Shown here: one piece after another, positions 49,001 to 61,500 of the stretch | Layout: each line of letters starts with the position of its first letter | Numbering within the stretch: the first letter of the stretch is position 1 | Made by a program: the position numbers and the translations under genes | Notes under the pieces: generated by a model | What the model saw: the letters and a program-made list of their open reading frames with translations, nothing else | What the model was told of the DNA's origin: nothing | The model's database searches: none | Assembly (NCBI GenBank): GCA_030704615.1 | Contig: JAKLZA010000360.1 | Coordinates: forward strand, 1 to 64,000 | Source: Takakia lepidozioides | Lineage: Eukaryota > Plantae > Bryophyta | DNA length: 64,000 bases | Reading direction: 5' to 3'

Positions 49001-51650
49001 CCTGGCCGTTTGTATCTTGTGGCAGATCATTTGTCACGACTAACAACAGGAGAGGCCGCCACAGGAGTGGACGATCAGTTACCTGATGCGAGTTTATTTG
49101 TAATGGAGGTGCAAGGAAGTGCAGATGAATGGTTAGATTGGCAGTGGCCAATCAGATACTACCTTGCTCATGGTCAGTGCCCACCTAGTTATGGTAAGGA
49201 GCAGAGGAAGAGAATCGCTATCAAAGCTTTACCTTATACTATGGTAGGAAGCAGAATGTATAAGTTAGGACCTGATGGAGTACTAAAACGATGCTTGTAC
49301 CACCATGAAGTAAATAAAGTTTTGGCGGAAGTTCATAAAGGAGTGGCTGGAGGTCATTTTTGGAGAAGAGACTACCAGTAGAAAGATACTACTCGCAGGA
49401 TACTGGTGGCCTACTTTGTTCAAAGATGTACACGAGTATTGTCAGAAGTGTGATGAATGTCAGAGGCTAGGACCTTTGCCAAGAACTGGAAGGATGGCCT
49501 TGCATCCTACAATGCCTACGGAACCATTTCAGAAATGGGGACTAGACTTTGTTGGACCAATTAACCCACCATCCAAGAATACACGAAACAGGTACATAAT
49601 TACAGCCACTGATTATACTACAAAGTGGGTGGAAGCTAAAGCTTTGAGGGACAACACAGCCAAGTCCACAGCAAGGTTCCTGTACGAGAACATACTTACA
49701 CGATTTGGCTGTCCCTTAGAATTTATCAGTGATCAAGGAAGTCACTTCATGAATGAGACCATTGAGTTGTTGACTAAAGAGTTTATGATTGTGCATAGAA
49801 AGAGTACAACATATTACCCGCAGGGTAATGGGCAGGCAGAGGCTACCAACAAAATACTATGTACTATCTTGGCTAAGATAGTCAATGCAAACAGAACGGA
49901 TTGGGATACAAAGCTGCTGACAGCTTTGTGGTCATACATGACTTCATATAAAGTCACCACTAAGTATACACCATTCCAATTAGTTTATGGTATGGAAGCC
50001 TTACTTCCATTGGAATTCCTGTTACCTACCATGAGAACGGAGTGGGGAAAAAGAATGGAATTGCAAGACTCCATCAAGGTCAGGAAACATGAATTATACC
50101 ATGTGGAAGAAGTACGTGCTGATGCAGCTGATAATATGACCAGAATTCAGATGAAGCGAAAGGAACAGTTTGATGAAGGCAAGTTAAAGACTTTTAAGAC
50201 GGGGGATTTGGTTCTATGGTTGCAGAAGAAAGGAAAGATTCAAGCTTCTAAGCTTAAATCACCGTGGAAAGGACCTTATGTCATACAAAAGATGTATGAT
50301 AACAACACCGCCATGTTACAAACCATTAACAAAGAAATGCTGGGAAGAGTCAATGCAAATAAGTTGAAGGGGTACAGTGGTATCCATGACAAACCCCTGC
50401 AGCATGATTTGCATGTTGAACCGCAAGAGCAGTCACGGGCTGCACCAGTGTTACGAACGGAGTATGGAACACTTGTCGCTAGGCCCAGCATATATGACCA
50501 GGGTGGGCAAAACAAACGTGATACATCCTATCACAGCCCATCAAGGCAAAACACAGCCTATCACAGCCCATCACGACGTGACACAGCCTATCACAGCCCA
50601 GCAAGGCGCAACACAGCCTATCACAGCCCATCACGACGTGACACAGCCTATCACAGCCCAGCACGGCGCAACACAGCCTATCACAGCCCATCACGACGTG
50701 ACACAGCCTATCATAGCCCAACAAGGCACAACACAGCCTATCACAGCCCAGCACGGCGCAACACAGCCTATCACAACCTACCACAACGTGTCACAGCCTA
50801 TCACAGCTTACCACAGTGCATCACAGCCTATCACAACGTAACACAATATGACACAGCCTGTCACAGCTCAACACAGCCTACTAAAGTTACACGATCCATA
50901 GAATCAGTGACAAGTGGACACATAATAACTTCAGGAAAATGGCTGAAGGAAGAAGAAACGGAAATTACTTTAAAAATAGACACGTGGAGGTCAGGGCGCG
51001 ACACACAGCCGAGAATGAAGTGCAAGGACAGGTGTCAAAAAGAAAGAGGACAAGAACGGCCGTCAAAAGGGATGAAAGGCGGGCCCATTAATGAGTACGG
51101 AAAAAGGGAAACGGAACGAACGGCAAGTACAGAAAAGCCGAATTCTTGTCACATGTGTGATCCTAGTGGACTATCCAACAGGGAAAGTCCACTAAAGAAG
51201 ATAAAATCTAAAATCCAGTCACAGCGGATACAGCCAATAGAAAACCAGAGAAAGGATCAAGAAAATGGAGGGAAATTGAGCGCAAGAGGCGGCGTCGTTC
51301 TGAGTAACGGGCGTCTCGACAGGACAGACCATCAATGCTATACCTTGGAAACTATGGAGGAACTAACAGACTATACGCTCGCAATATTACTTACGCAGTG
51401 GCATAGACACGAAAGGATAGAGCGGAGCTTTTCTCTTGAGCGATGCTTGCAAGCCCCGCAGGCTTACAAGAAATTACCCATAGCTTTCTGCGACAACCAT
51501 ACGTTTATGCTTTGTGCACTACAGGCATTCCTGCAGTTGTTACAGCCAAAACAGTTCTGTGAGTCTAAAATGAAGAGAGTGAGAGGAATGGAGGAAATCA
51601 GGGTGAAGAGCACCACGATTCTGCAGAAACAAACAATTGCTACCCCATAG
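46018..51650 (+). pseudogene. pol: gag C-terminus and pol, unit 2; +1 frameshift at ~49360
   Basis: Same motifs as unit 1; T5 versus T4 in GGTCATTTTTGG. Confidence 0.95.
50521..50880 (+). repeat. 30-bp coding tandem repeat, one more unit than the other copies
   Basis: TAYHSPxRRx repeats. Confidence 0.95.
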
Positions 51651-54600
51651 GCGATACAGATACTGGAGGAGCTGAGATTGCAAGGATTGCAAAGCCTAGA
51701 TTGGACACTACACCATAGACAGTACATGTTACAATTTTTGCAGAACTTTGAGCCAAGGACAGGAACAACAACGGTGAGGGAGTTGAATTAATGATTACTC
51801 CCCTATACCTCCAGCAATTGTTTCGATTGCCAGCAGGTCAGGTGCATGTGGAGCAACACAGGGCAAGACTGCAAATAAAGGACTTATTCCAAGAAGGGAG
51901 TTTCTTTAAAACTCAGGGTTATGCTTGTACCAAGGCTGTGTACCCAGGGTTAAAAGAGGTAGGCCAGGTATTGAACGTTCTGATTGCCATGAAACAGAAC
52001 CAACAGTATTTGAGCAGATCCTTCACGGAGGAAATACTCAAAGGCCTGAAGGGACGAGAGGTACAATGGGCGGACATAATGTACAACGCACTGGTAGAGG
52101 AGATGAAAAGATTACAAGGTACTACCGCAAAGTCTCCTATAATAGTGTCTGGCCCAATCATTGCTCAAATAATCCTTGATTCTGGCATACTTAATGCGCA
52201 AGAAAGAAAGGAAATGGGAGTGTTTGAGCCAGAAACAACTGCAATGGAAGAGCAAGGCTCTTCACATAGTGAGGGTGGACTAGCAGGGCAACCCGAGACT
52301 AAGAGGCAGAGACGGGGAAAGACTGTAGTGGCGGATCCACTGGCTTCACGGATTCCGCATGATAATGTTTCCCAAGCTCATGGCCAGGAAGGGGCACAGC
52401 AGCACAGAGAAATGCTATTACTGGAAGCAGGACCTTCAGAGAGGGAGGAGGAAGTTACTTCTGCATCACAACCATCACAGCCACTTGAACGACTTGTCAC
52501 AAGGTCACAAGTTATCCATGCAGCTCAACCAGAAATAATTGATTTGGAAAGTGAAGGGTTAGATATTCCAACTACAGAACAGATAGTGGCAGAAATAGAG
52601 AAGGGGGACCTTCTCTATGAATATTCTGGTCTGGTCAAGGAGACAGAAATCCCAGAGGTGCAACAGTTGCCCAAGGGAAATCCTGAGGTGCATATAATAC
52701 ACACACCTGTGTCGGAGGTACCACAGGCGGAAGGTCATGACACTGTAGCACCGGTGATAGATGAAGTAGTTCAGGAAGAAAATCCGGTGGGACAATGGCC
52801 TGAATGGTTAGTGAGACATCACACTGTTGAAGATCAGGAGGAACAGCAGCAACCTCACCATGATGACCCTCAACAGGCAATGCTGATGAGCTCCATAGGC
52901 AGGACACTTAATTTGTTGGGGACTTATGTCAAATCCCATGTTCCAATTACCCAATTGACAGCCTTGAAAGAGGAACTCAGGAAGGAGTTTGAGGCTCGAC
53001 TTGCCACTGAATGTGCAAACAAGGTAGATGAAGAGGTCACTCTCAAGATGAAGCAGGACTTGGGAAATACAGAAATGGCTTTGCAATTGGCCAAGCAACA
53101 ATTGATTGAGGCAGGCCTCGCGCAAGACCAGTTGCAAGAAGCACATAAGCAACAGCTATACCAAATGCAGGTGCAGCATGAAAGCAAGTTGCAAGAACTG
53201 AATGCACTACATACGGAGTTGCAGACAGTGCATAACAGGATGGCGATACAATGTGCTACATTTACAACTATGCTTGACCAATCAACAAAAGAAATAAACA
53301 GTCAAGCGGAAAAATGTACGAAGGCAGAAGAAGAGAATGTTGAGCAAATGAAGCTCATTGTCGATATGAAAAAAACAATCTGTCGCAATGAAGATACTTT
53401 CAAGCAATACAGGCAGATTGAAGCTGATCAAGAAAAGCACATCGTGGAGTTGCAACAAACCATCATGGCCAATAGAAATGAAATCGCGGTCAATAACAAG
53501 GCTTGGAAGGAAGCCAATAATCTACTTGCTGCTTATGCGCAATTGGTTGAACCTCAGGCGAAGCGCATGGAGGCTTTACAACAGCAGTTGAAATTGTACA
53601 AGCTAAGAGAGGAGCAAACTCTCAGGGGAACCACAAGCAACTTGGTGGATAACAGCCTTATGCAGGTCTGGTTAGCACAAGGACCAGTAGAGGGCAAAGC
53701 ACCACGGAAGCTCACCCAAAGCGAGATGAATGAGCTCAGGCTGCAGGTGCAGAACATTGCCACAACTACTATAGACAATGTCTATAGTAGGATAGTAGAG
53801 TTACAAGAGGATGTAGACGGACTCCAGACTCAAGTGGAAGAACTCACTTCAAACATCGACCAAAGAGTCTATATCCCTCAGGAACAGCTAATGGCTTCTT
53901 ATTTACAAGCCAAAACTTTGGCTTTTCAGTCTTCACAGGAGGGGCAGGAGATGCCAATGATACAAGAGCCAGTACCACCACCACCACAACAAGTCACTGT
54001 ACCAATAGCTGAACCTGTGGTTACTACAACCACACCACAGCCACCACAGCCGGAGGTATGGGGCAATGCCGCTTTTAACCCACCTAAAACTCCAGCTGCA
54101 AGGGAGTACAGTAGGGCTATGATTATGCCCTTCAACCAAATTCCCATCATGTTGGATTTGGCTTGGAAAGAATTTAGTCCTCCGCAATCATTCGCACATT
54201 ACTACCAAATCATGCGTATATGGCTGCCAGTGGCAACTAGGACCAAAGTTCTTCCGAACAATCGACATATTGAAGATCATCACTTTGCACAATACTGGCA
54301 CGAGGCAGGTACCATGTTGAGGGAATTGATTGCTTTCCAGGTTGTACATGGACTCATTTATACCAAGACCAAGGAGATAGCAAGTATTGTCATGGGGTGC
54401 GGGTTATACTACGCTGCTTGTTTTCTGGTACGATACCACATTGAGCAACAAAAGATGCAAACACGCTTTCAAAGTTATTCCAGTGGAGATCATTGGGTAT
54501 TACCTTCGGTGCCACCTCATATGTACCTATATGACCCAAAAGTTATGATGCAAAAGGATTCTCAAATTCGTTCATGGTTTCAAGCGGCCTGCAACCATTT

Positions 54601-55120
54601 GTCAACACAGAAATTCGGCATTGATGACATTTTCTATAAGGGACATGTGGCATGGAAATACTTGCACGCTGCACCAGTAATTGGTACCCCACTCACCTGG
54701 ACAGACAAGGAGCTCAGTGTCTACACCAATTTTGTTGTTCAGCGGTTACACCAAGTTGTAAAATACAAACTTCCAGACATGGTAGGACAGCATTGTATGC
54801 CCCAGATGATTCCACAAAAAGTTCGAAAATTAAAACACCTGAGAGGCGATGAGGATTCTGATACAACTGTTTCTTCACCGAATTCTTTTGACATGGGAGA
54901 AGACTATGCAATTCAGATGGAAGAGAAGAAGCGAAGGGGATCTCCTATGCCGGAAAGATTACCTCGATATCAGCCTCCAGAGGGCCTCACTTATCCAGGT
55001 AGTGATCAACCATCTCCGTCAACCAGAGACAGACCTCGGGCTCGTACACACAGTTCGCCAAGAAACTCTCAACGTCAAGAAGGTGCTCACTCACAAAGGT
55101 TTGCTAGTCGAAATCAGTAA
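51651..55120 (+). CDS. ORF3, unit 2 (1-bp deletion at ~51777 near the 5' end)
   Basis: 1109 aa open from 51791; nearly identical to unit 1. Confidence 0.75.
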
Positions 55121-55155
55121 ACCGTGAGGACACGGCTTTTTGAGGGGGGAAGGGG
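55121..55155 (+). promoter_or_regulatory. Hairpin and polypurine tract
   Basis: Same as 35116-35150. Confidence 0.85.
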
Positions 55156-55158
55156 TAA

Positions 55159-56083
55159 TGTTAGAGGACTGTCGGGGACTTAGACACTTATACGGGATCT
55201 GTAGGGTACCCTTAATTTTTGCACAGACTGAGACCAACAGGAGCCTTAGGGGTGACAGCAGCGCACTGTAGAGGGGGGTTACACAGCCCGTCACAGTCGT
55301 CACAGCCGACACAGCCAACACAGCCCGTCACAGTCGTCACAGCCGACACAGCCGACACAGCCCGTCACAGTCGTCACAGCCAACACAGCCCACACAGCCC
55401 GTCACAGTCGTCACAGTCGACACAGCCAACACAGCCCGTCACAGTCGTCACAGCAGACACAGCCGACACAGCTGACACAGCCTGGCACAGCCACACAGCC
55501 AGTCACAGCCCGACACAGCCAAACACAGCCAGTCACAGCCCGTCACAGTTTCACACAGCCAGTCACAGCTTGACACAGCTGTCACGATCATAGGGAACGA
55601 AGAGTAGGACAGGGAACGACTGTGGGGAACAACACCTGCGAAGGGAACATGTTAGTTCACAGACGACGGTTAGTGAGGGAAACGGTTAGAACCGTGGATA
55701 GGAAGATAAAGGGAGAAACGGGGAAGAGAGGGATATCATTCGGAGGAGGACTTCTGGGTGATAAAGGAGAGAGGATATTCGGAGGAGGACTTCTTGGTCA
55801 TGGAGGAGAGGGGATCGGGCAGAGATGAAGAACGGAAGTGAAGATAGAGAGATGATGAATAGATGCTTGATATATGCAAGGCTGTAATGATATTGTAGAG
55901 GAGATTAGAGACACAATGGCTTCGGCCTGATACCTGATAAATCATAATCGGATACTTTTACGATACAAACACACTGTGTAGAGAGATCTGAGTGAAGCTG
56001 TGGAATGAATGGATGAGTTGATGGAATCCAATAGATTGATAAAGCAAACTGATACTTAATTATCAATGGTAAGATAGTTAACA
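55159..56083 (+). repeat. LTR shared by units 2 and 3
   Basis: Copy of 35154-36078. Confidence 0.8.
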
Positions 56084-56140
56084 TGAATACCAAAAGGGAA
56101 ACAAATAGGAAACACCCCCATGATACACTAGCTGTAGGTC

Positions 56141-56836
56141 ATGATTGATTGTTCTGCGCGGGCTGAGTACTTAGAGATTTCCAACTCTTCAATCTTGGAG
56201 TTTCCGCCTCAAATAGCGAAGGGATGGGTGAGTAAAAGCCGCGCGACATTTGGCGACCATACTGGGGACCTGGGACATGAACAACCAGATGTGACAGGCA
56301 TCTGGTGGGATCATGGTGGTTGGACCATCAAAGAATTTGAAGTGAATCAAATTCCCTGTGGAACGAAGGAAGAAAGATTGTCCAAACAATTCTTTCAAAG
56401 GTTCTTGGAATTGCCAGACGGTTGTAAAGAAAATATTCTTAAACGAGTGCATGATGCTGATCCAGAATGGGGTCTGGAGAAAGGAGTGATAAAGATTTAT
56501 CAGGTAGCCTGTAGAGGAAGAGCACGTTGGTTACCAACATTGGTTTATGTGATAGCATTGCTATCCATTAAACGAGTAGAGTTTGAAGGCTGGGAAGAAA
56601 GAAAGGTGAATGTTTATACTCATATGCATGAAGAGCTGGTACTGGTAAAGAATTGGATTCCAAAGGATATTTTGTGGATCAAACTCACACCAAGAACAGC
56701 TTTTCAGACTTGTTTGCCATATGGTTATATGGTAACGGAGACTTCAAGTATAGCCAAGGGTGCATTGAAGCTTGAAAGAAACCCAGGCATATACGAGAGA
56801 TATTACAGAAGAGAGTTTTGGTTATTGCCACATTAA
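56141..56836 (+). CDS. ORF0, unit 3
   Basis: Same protein as unit 2. Confidence 0.7.
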   Translation: MIDCSARAEYLEISNSSILEFPPQIAKGWVSKSRATFGDHTGDLGHEQPDVTGIWWDHGGWTIKEFEVNQIPCGTKEERLSKQFFQRFLELPDGCKENILKRVHDADPEWGLEKGVIKIYQVACRGRARWLPTLVYVIALLSIKRVEFEGWEERKVNVYTHMHEELVLVKNWIPKDILWIKLTPRTAFQTCLPYGYMVTETSSIAKGALKLERNPGIYERYYRREFWLLPH

Positions 56837-56857
56837 AAGAAATGAAAGACATGGGAC

Positions 56858-58509
56858 ATGAGTGATGAAAGAGAAGCTAGACGACAGAGATATTCAGCAA
56901 AAAGAGAAAGCTATCTGAAAGCTAATTATCCATATCTTTGGGAGAGAGGAATAGACATAGGGGAATCATCTGGACCTCTCACACCATCAAGATCAAAGAG
57001 TGCATCACCTATACCGGAAGAACTAGAGTTGGATGCCACTCCTTCTGTTTCTTTGCAAGAAAGATTAAGGGAATTGGTACAGGAAGAAGATCAATCACGA
57101 GGTGAAAGATCTGAGGTACATCCTTGGATAAAAGACTTGACAGAAATCTTTGATAAGAGTTGGCATGGAACACCAAAAGCAGGAACTCCAGTTTCTGAAG
57201 CAGAAGGTGAAGAAGGAGAAGAGGATGTGGCAGAGCCAACGGAGAGTTCAGACTCTCCAACACCATTACAGTTGAGTTACATGAGTGAAGAAGAAACCCA
57301 AGGGCAGAACTTGGAGGATGAAAACAGAGAGAAGAAATTAGAAGAGGAAGAATATGAAGAAGTAGACCCAACAGCTGAGGTTGAGACTACAACCAGGACA
57401 TCCCAACCCGTTGGACCTGGATCAAGTGGAGCACTTGGATCACAGGCCAACGAAGGTGTCGGCTCAGGGGGATCAGGCGGGCTGCCTGGATCTGGCTCTG
57501 GGGGGACAGGGAGTGTGGGAAGTAGTGCAACTGAAGCTGGGAATACTGTGAATATCGTGGGGCCAGAAGCAAAGAGTGCTCAAGGGCCACCACTTGGTGG
57601 AAGATCCACCACAAAAACAACAGGTCCAGAAGGACCAGCACCAACAAGGGTGCCAGCACCTGTCAGTGGGCAGAAGGTAGGGCCACGGATGGCGTTACAA
57701 CCAACACGGGCAAAACCACCCTTTCCAATATATTCAGGAAAAGGGGATCCCGATGTACACATTAGCCAATTTGAGCACATGTGTATAGTGAACAATGAGA
57801 ATGGCGATGATGCCAAGATGAGACTGTTTCCTTGTTCACTTATCAAGAAAGCAAGTGAATGGTATGCAAGATTCCCTGATAATCATTTCCTAACCTGGAA
57901 TGGCTTGAATACAGCATTTCGAAATAGGTTCAGGACAAGTAAAACTGAGGATGAAGTGTATGGAAGTTTACAACAGCTGAAGCAGAAGAAGCATGAAACT
58001 GTTGAAGAGTATATGGAGAAGATGGAATTGATGATGAAAAAGCTGGCTGCAGTACCAGCGCCCGGTTTACAGAAGACTTGGTTTGTGAGTGGACTAAGAC
58101 CAGAGTTGCAAAAGAAAGTGGACATGTTACCCCATAATACAGTGGAGGAGGCATATGAAACTGCGAACAGAATTGAGCAATTGGGAATGCTCAGGAGAGA
58201 GAAAAAAGAAGATGAGGACTCTGAGGATGAGTCAGATGAAGAAGAAGAGCAAGAACTAAAAAGAAAGAGTAAGAGAAAGGAGAAGTTGAAGAGGGATAAC
58301 TATGAAAAAAAATCGGAAGAAATCTTGAAGAAGTATGCCACAGAGGCTGCAACACATTGGAGGAAGGGTGTATGGTGTGCAAAGTGCCAAAATGAAGGCC
58401 ATACCACCACAGAATGCCACATGAAGGAGAAACACTGTACTATTTGTAAAATGGATAACCATTCTACTGAGAATTGTTACTACAACAGAAGGACAGCTGC
58501 AAGAGAACC
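56858..58509 (+). pseudogene. gag: gag N-terminal part, interrupted by element B
   Basis: As in unit 2. Confidence 0.92.
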
Positions 58510-61500
58510 GAGGTTTACTATTTCATGAGCGCATGAGCGCATGAGCCCATGAGCCTATGAGCTCATGAGCGGACATCCGCGGAATTGGAATTTTCCTGCC
58601 TTTATTGACGGTGTTATGTCCTCTTACCTCGGTAATAGGGTCTGTTTCTCCTGGTCCAGGATGCGGAATGAGGTATTTCGGCGCCATTATTCCCAAGAGC
58701 AGTGTGCTAAAATGGTGTTTTGAAGACATCCACCGGGGTATTTCGGCACCGAAATTACCTCTTAAAATGTGATATAGTGCGGTATTTAATGGCGCAGAAC
58801 GGGCTATTTGGGCGCCGAAATACCCAAGTGGAATGTGCTGAAGTGCCTTGTGCTGAAGGCTTCCATCGCGATATTTTGGTACAGTAATTCATTCGTGGAA
58901 TTTTTGAGGCCCATATAACGAAGGCGCGCATTGGGCTATTTCGGCGCCAAATTTCCCAATATGAATGTTAGAAACGGCAGGGTTTTCATGGCTTCAAGTT
59001 CTCGGCTCGATGGTGTGCATAAATTACTTGTAGGGTTCTTCAATGAAGTTTGCGTCTCTTCTGCTTTTATTATACATTTTGGTTGGCGGAAGAAATGTAG
59101 GGAATCGGACAAGCAGTCTGAACACAATGATTTTTCAAATCGTCAATATTTTCATTAAGTGTTTCAGAACTGTACAACAAAAGGATCCAAATGAGACTTT
59201 GCTATGGTGAGGATCCGCTATCACTGTCCGATGCATCCCCGGCCTCATGCAAGGATGGCTGCCTTCCACCTGCCTCCGAACCTGCACTGCCGCTACCGCT
59301 GTTACTCTGAGAAGCCCTCCCCTCAAAAATACCATCCTCACCAGCCGGAACTGTCCACCTGGGTGCGGAAGTGTCCTCAACATTCCCCTCGCTCTCGGAC
59401 GCAGATTCTATTACGAACTTCCCTACTCTGCCTTTCCCAATTCTATGTTTGGCCTCACGCCTCATTATAATTCTCTGCTCATTCCCGTATGTCAATTGCT
59501 CTAACCGAGTAGGCCTATCCTCCCTGCTGATGGCTTGTCTGCATAGGCTGGTAGAAGAAAAGGCTTATGGGGACTCGCGAGAAACGATTTTCTGGCAAAG
59601 AATGGCCGATGCGATTCTGTCTCTTCCTCTGCAACAGGGTCCGATTCGGGCAAGTCTCCCAGCTTCTCCTCGTCGGACGACTCTGCAAGGCTGAGTGTAC
59701 GCACAAACGTAGAATGAAGTACATTAGAGAATTCAAACAGGGAATCATCGGCAGGTTGCATGGTCCCTACAACCGAAACCAATACACTTACTATGGTGCA
59801 ACTCACTCGAAGACAGGCATTGGGGGAAGCGGCTTCGGGCGCCCCTGCATCGAACGAATTTCCTGGACTTCCTCCTCTTCATCTTCCTCCTCCCCTTCCA
59901 CGTCATCTTCTGCGTTTTTGGGATCCTCAGTCGGAGGCAAACGCTGAAGGCCCGCCAAATTGTAATCGTACAAGGCCGTATCCCCCTCAAATGAGAACAC
60001 AAATCGGTTCGACATCCTTCCCGCCCACATACAGGCACCTGCAAATTCATACGACACAACCACAACCAAACTCAAGAATGAGTCGCTTCCTCGCACAAGC
60101 AAACATACACAAACGGAAATGGTGTCAATTTTGGTGCCGCATTCAATTAACGTTCTCACCTGTATTTGCAGTGATGTCGAGGACCCTGCCTTCAACATCC
60201 GTACATGTTTCCATGAGCGTCTGGGATGAATGCAGGACTCCTGGTCCTGCCATACCTCCATGGCTTGCCCGACAAATCACAAAGAATGTCCTTCTCTCCA
60301 ACATGGTTGAACAGGACGTTATACTCCAGTGGATCAACTATGGAATCAACAAGTCTTCCTGTTTCACGTAATTTGAATTTCTAATGTTTCTTCACGAAGC
60401 AAAATGCCTGAAAGATAAGAGTCTGCAGAGAAGGAAATGTCCTGGAGGTTTTGCTCCTCCGCAAGCTCCAGCAGGTTCTGATCGTCGCCAAGTCGTACCA
60501 CGTTGTCGTCCTCTCCTTCTGTCAGCTCAATGGGCCGCCCTTCTGCAGATCCAACTCCCACATCTCCAGCGGCCTCCACCGCATCCGTGTTTTTTGAAAT
60601 TGACTGCAAACCCAATATCTCTGCTTCCAGTCTCCCTAGGGGTTTTACTGGCGAAGCCATGGGCTCCTTCTGCTTCCTCGACTTCCGAACTCTAGGTGGG
60701 CTTTTCTGAGGCGATATCTGAGGTGTTGAATGAGGACTCGCCTGCCTCGATGCACTTCCACCTTGCGAGCGCAGCACCCGGGCAGGAGTATCCAAAGTTG
60801 ACTGTGTTGCTTCGCCCCCCTGCGATCCCTCCCCAGCTCCCATGTCAAACAAACAGGAAAACATGAGACACTGCACGCAAAAAAAAAGGTTGTAAAAGGA
60901 ATATTGCGTATGGAGTGCTTCACATCCGCAAAGCACGAATCTCTCACTGGTGGGCGATCCGAGTCTCCGAGGTCTACATAATGCATGAGGTCTACATTTC
61001 ATGCATGAGACGGAGCTTAAGTCGTGTCGTCGGCGGCTTCCCAAAATCCCGCGTCCTCCTTCTCTTTGCCGGAGTCACCTGACCTTCCACAAACTCTATG
61101 CTACCACTATGCCGCATAAGGAGAGGAAAAGCAGGAGAATGTCACTGCAGAAGGGCAAGGAGCGAGAGAGCGAAGCGGTGGAACATGCAACCACTCTACA
61201 CGAGCAGATGTGTAAGCAGCCACGTCTCCCGAAGCGTTGCCACCGTCCACCACTTTTTGCCGTATGGGTGATGAAGAGATTGTGACCCCTGACACGTTCG
61301 CACGGATGAAGTCGACTGGAACACGACGCGTGCCAGTTCCAGCCACCAGTACAAGATGGTTTATCCGAATTGCGGCACCGAAATACCTTCCGTTCACCGG
61401 ATGCTGTTCCCGGAGCAGCCGACATTGAATGAAATATCCGCACATCATGAAACCCAACCGCCATGAAAATCCCCTGCCTATGACATTCAACAGTCAGGTC

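Larger units (their letters stand above)
35154..56083 (+). mobile_element. Ty3/gypsy array unit 2 (complete LTR to LTR) with nested element B
   Basis: Colinear, near-identical copy of unit 1. Confidence 0.95.
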
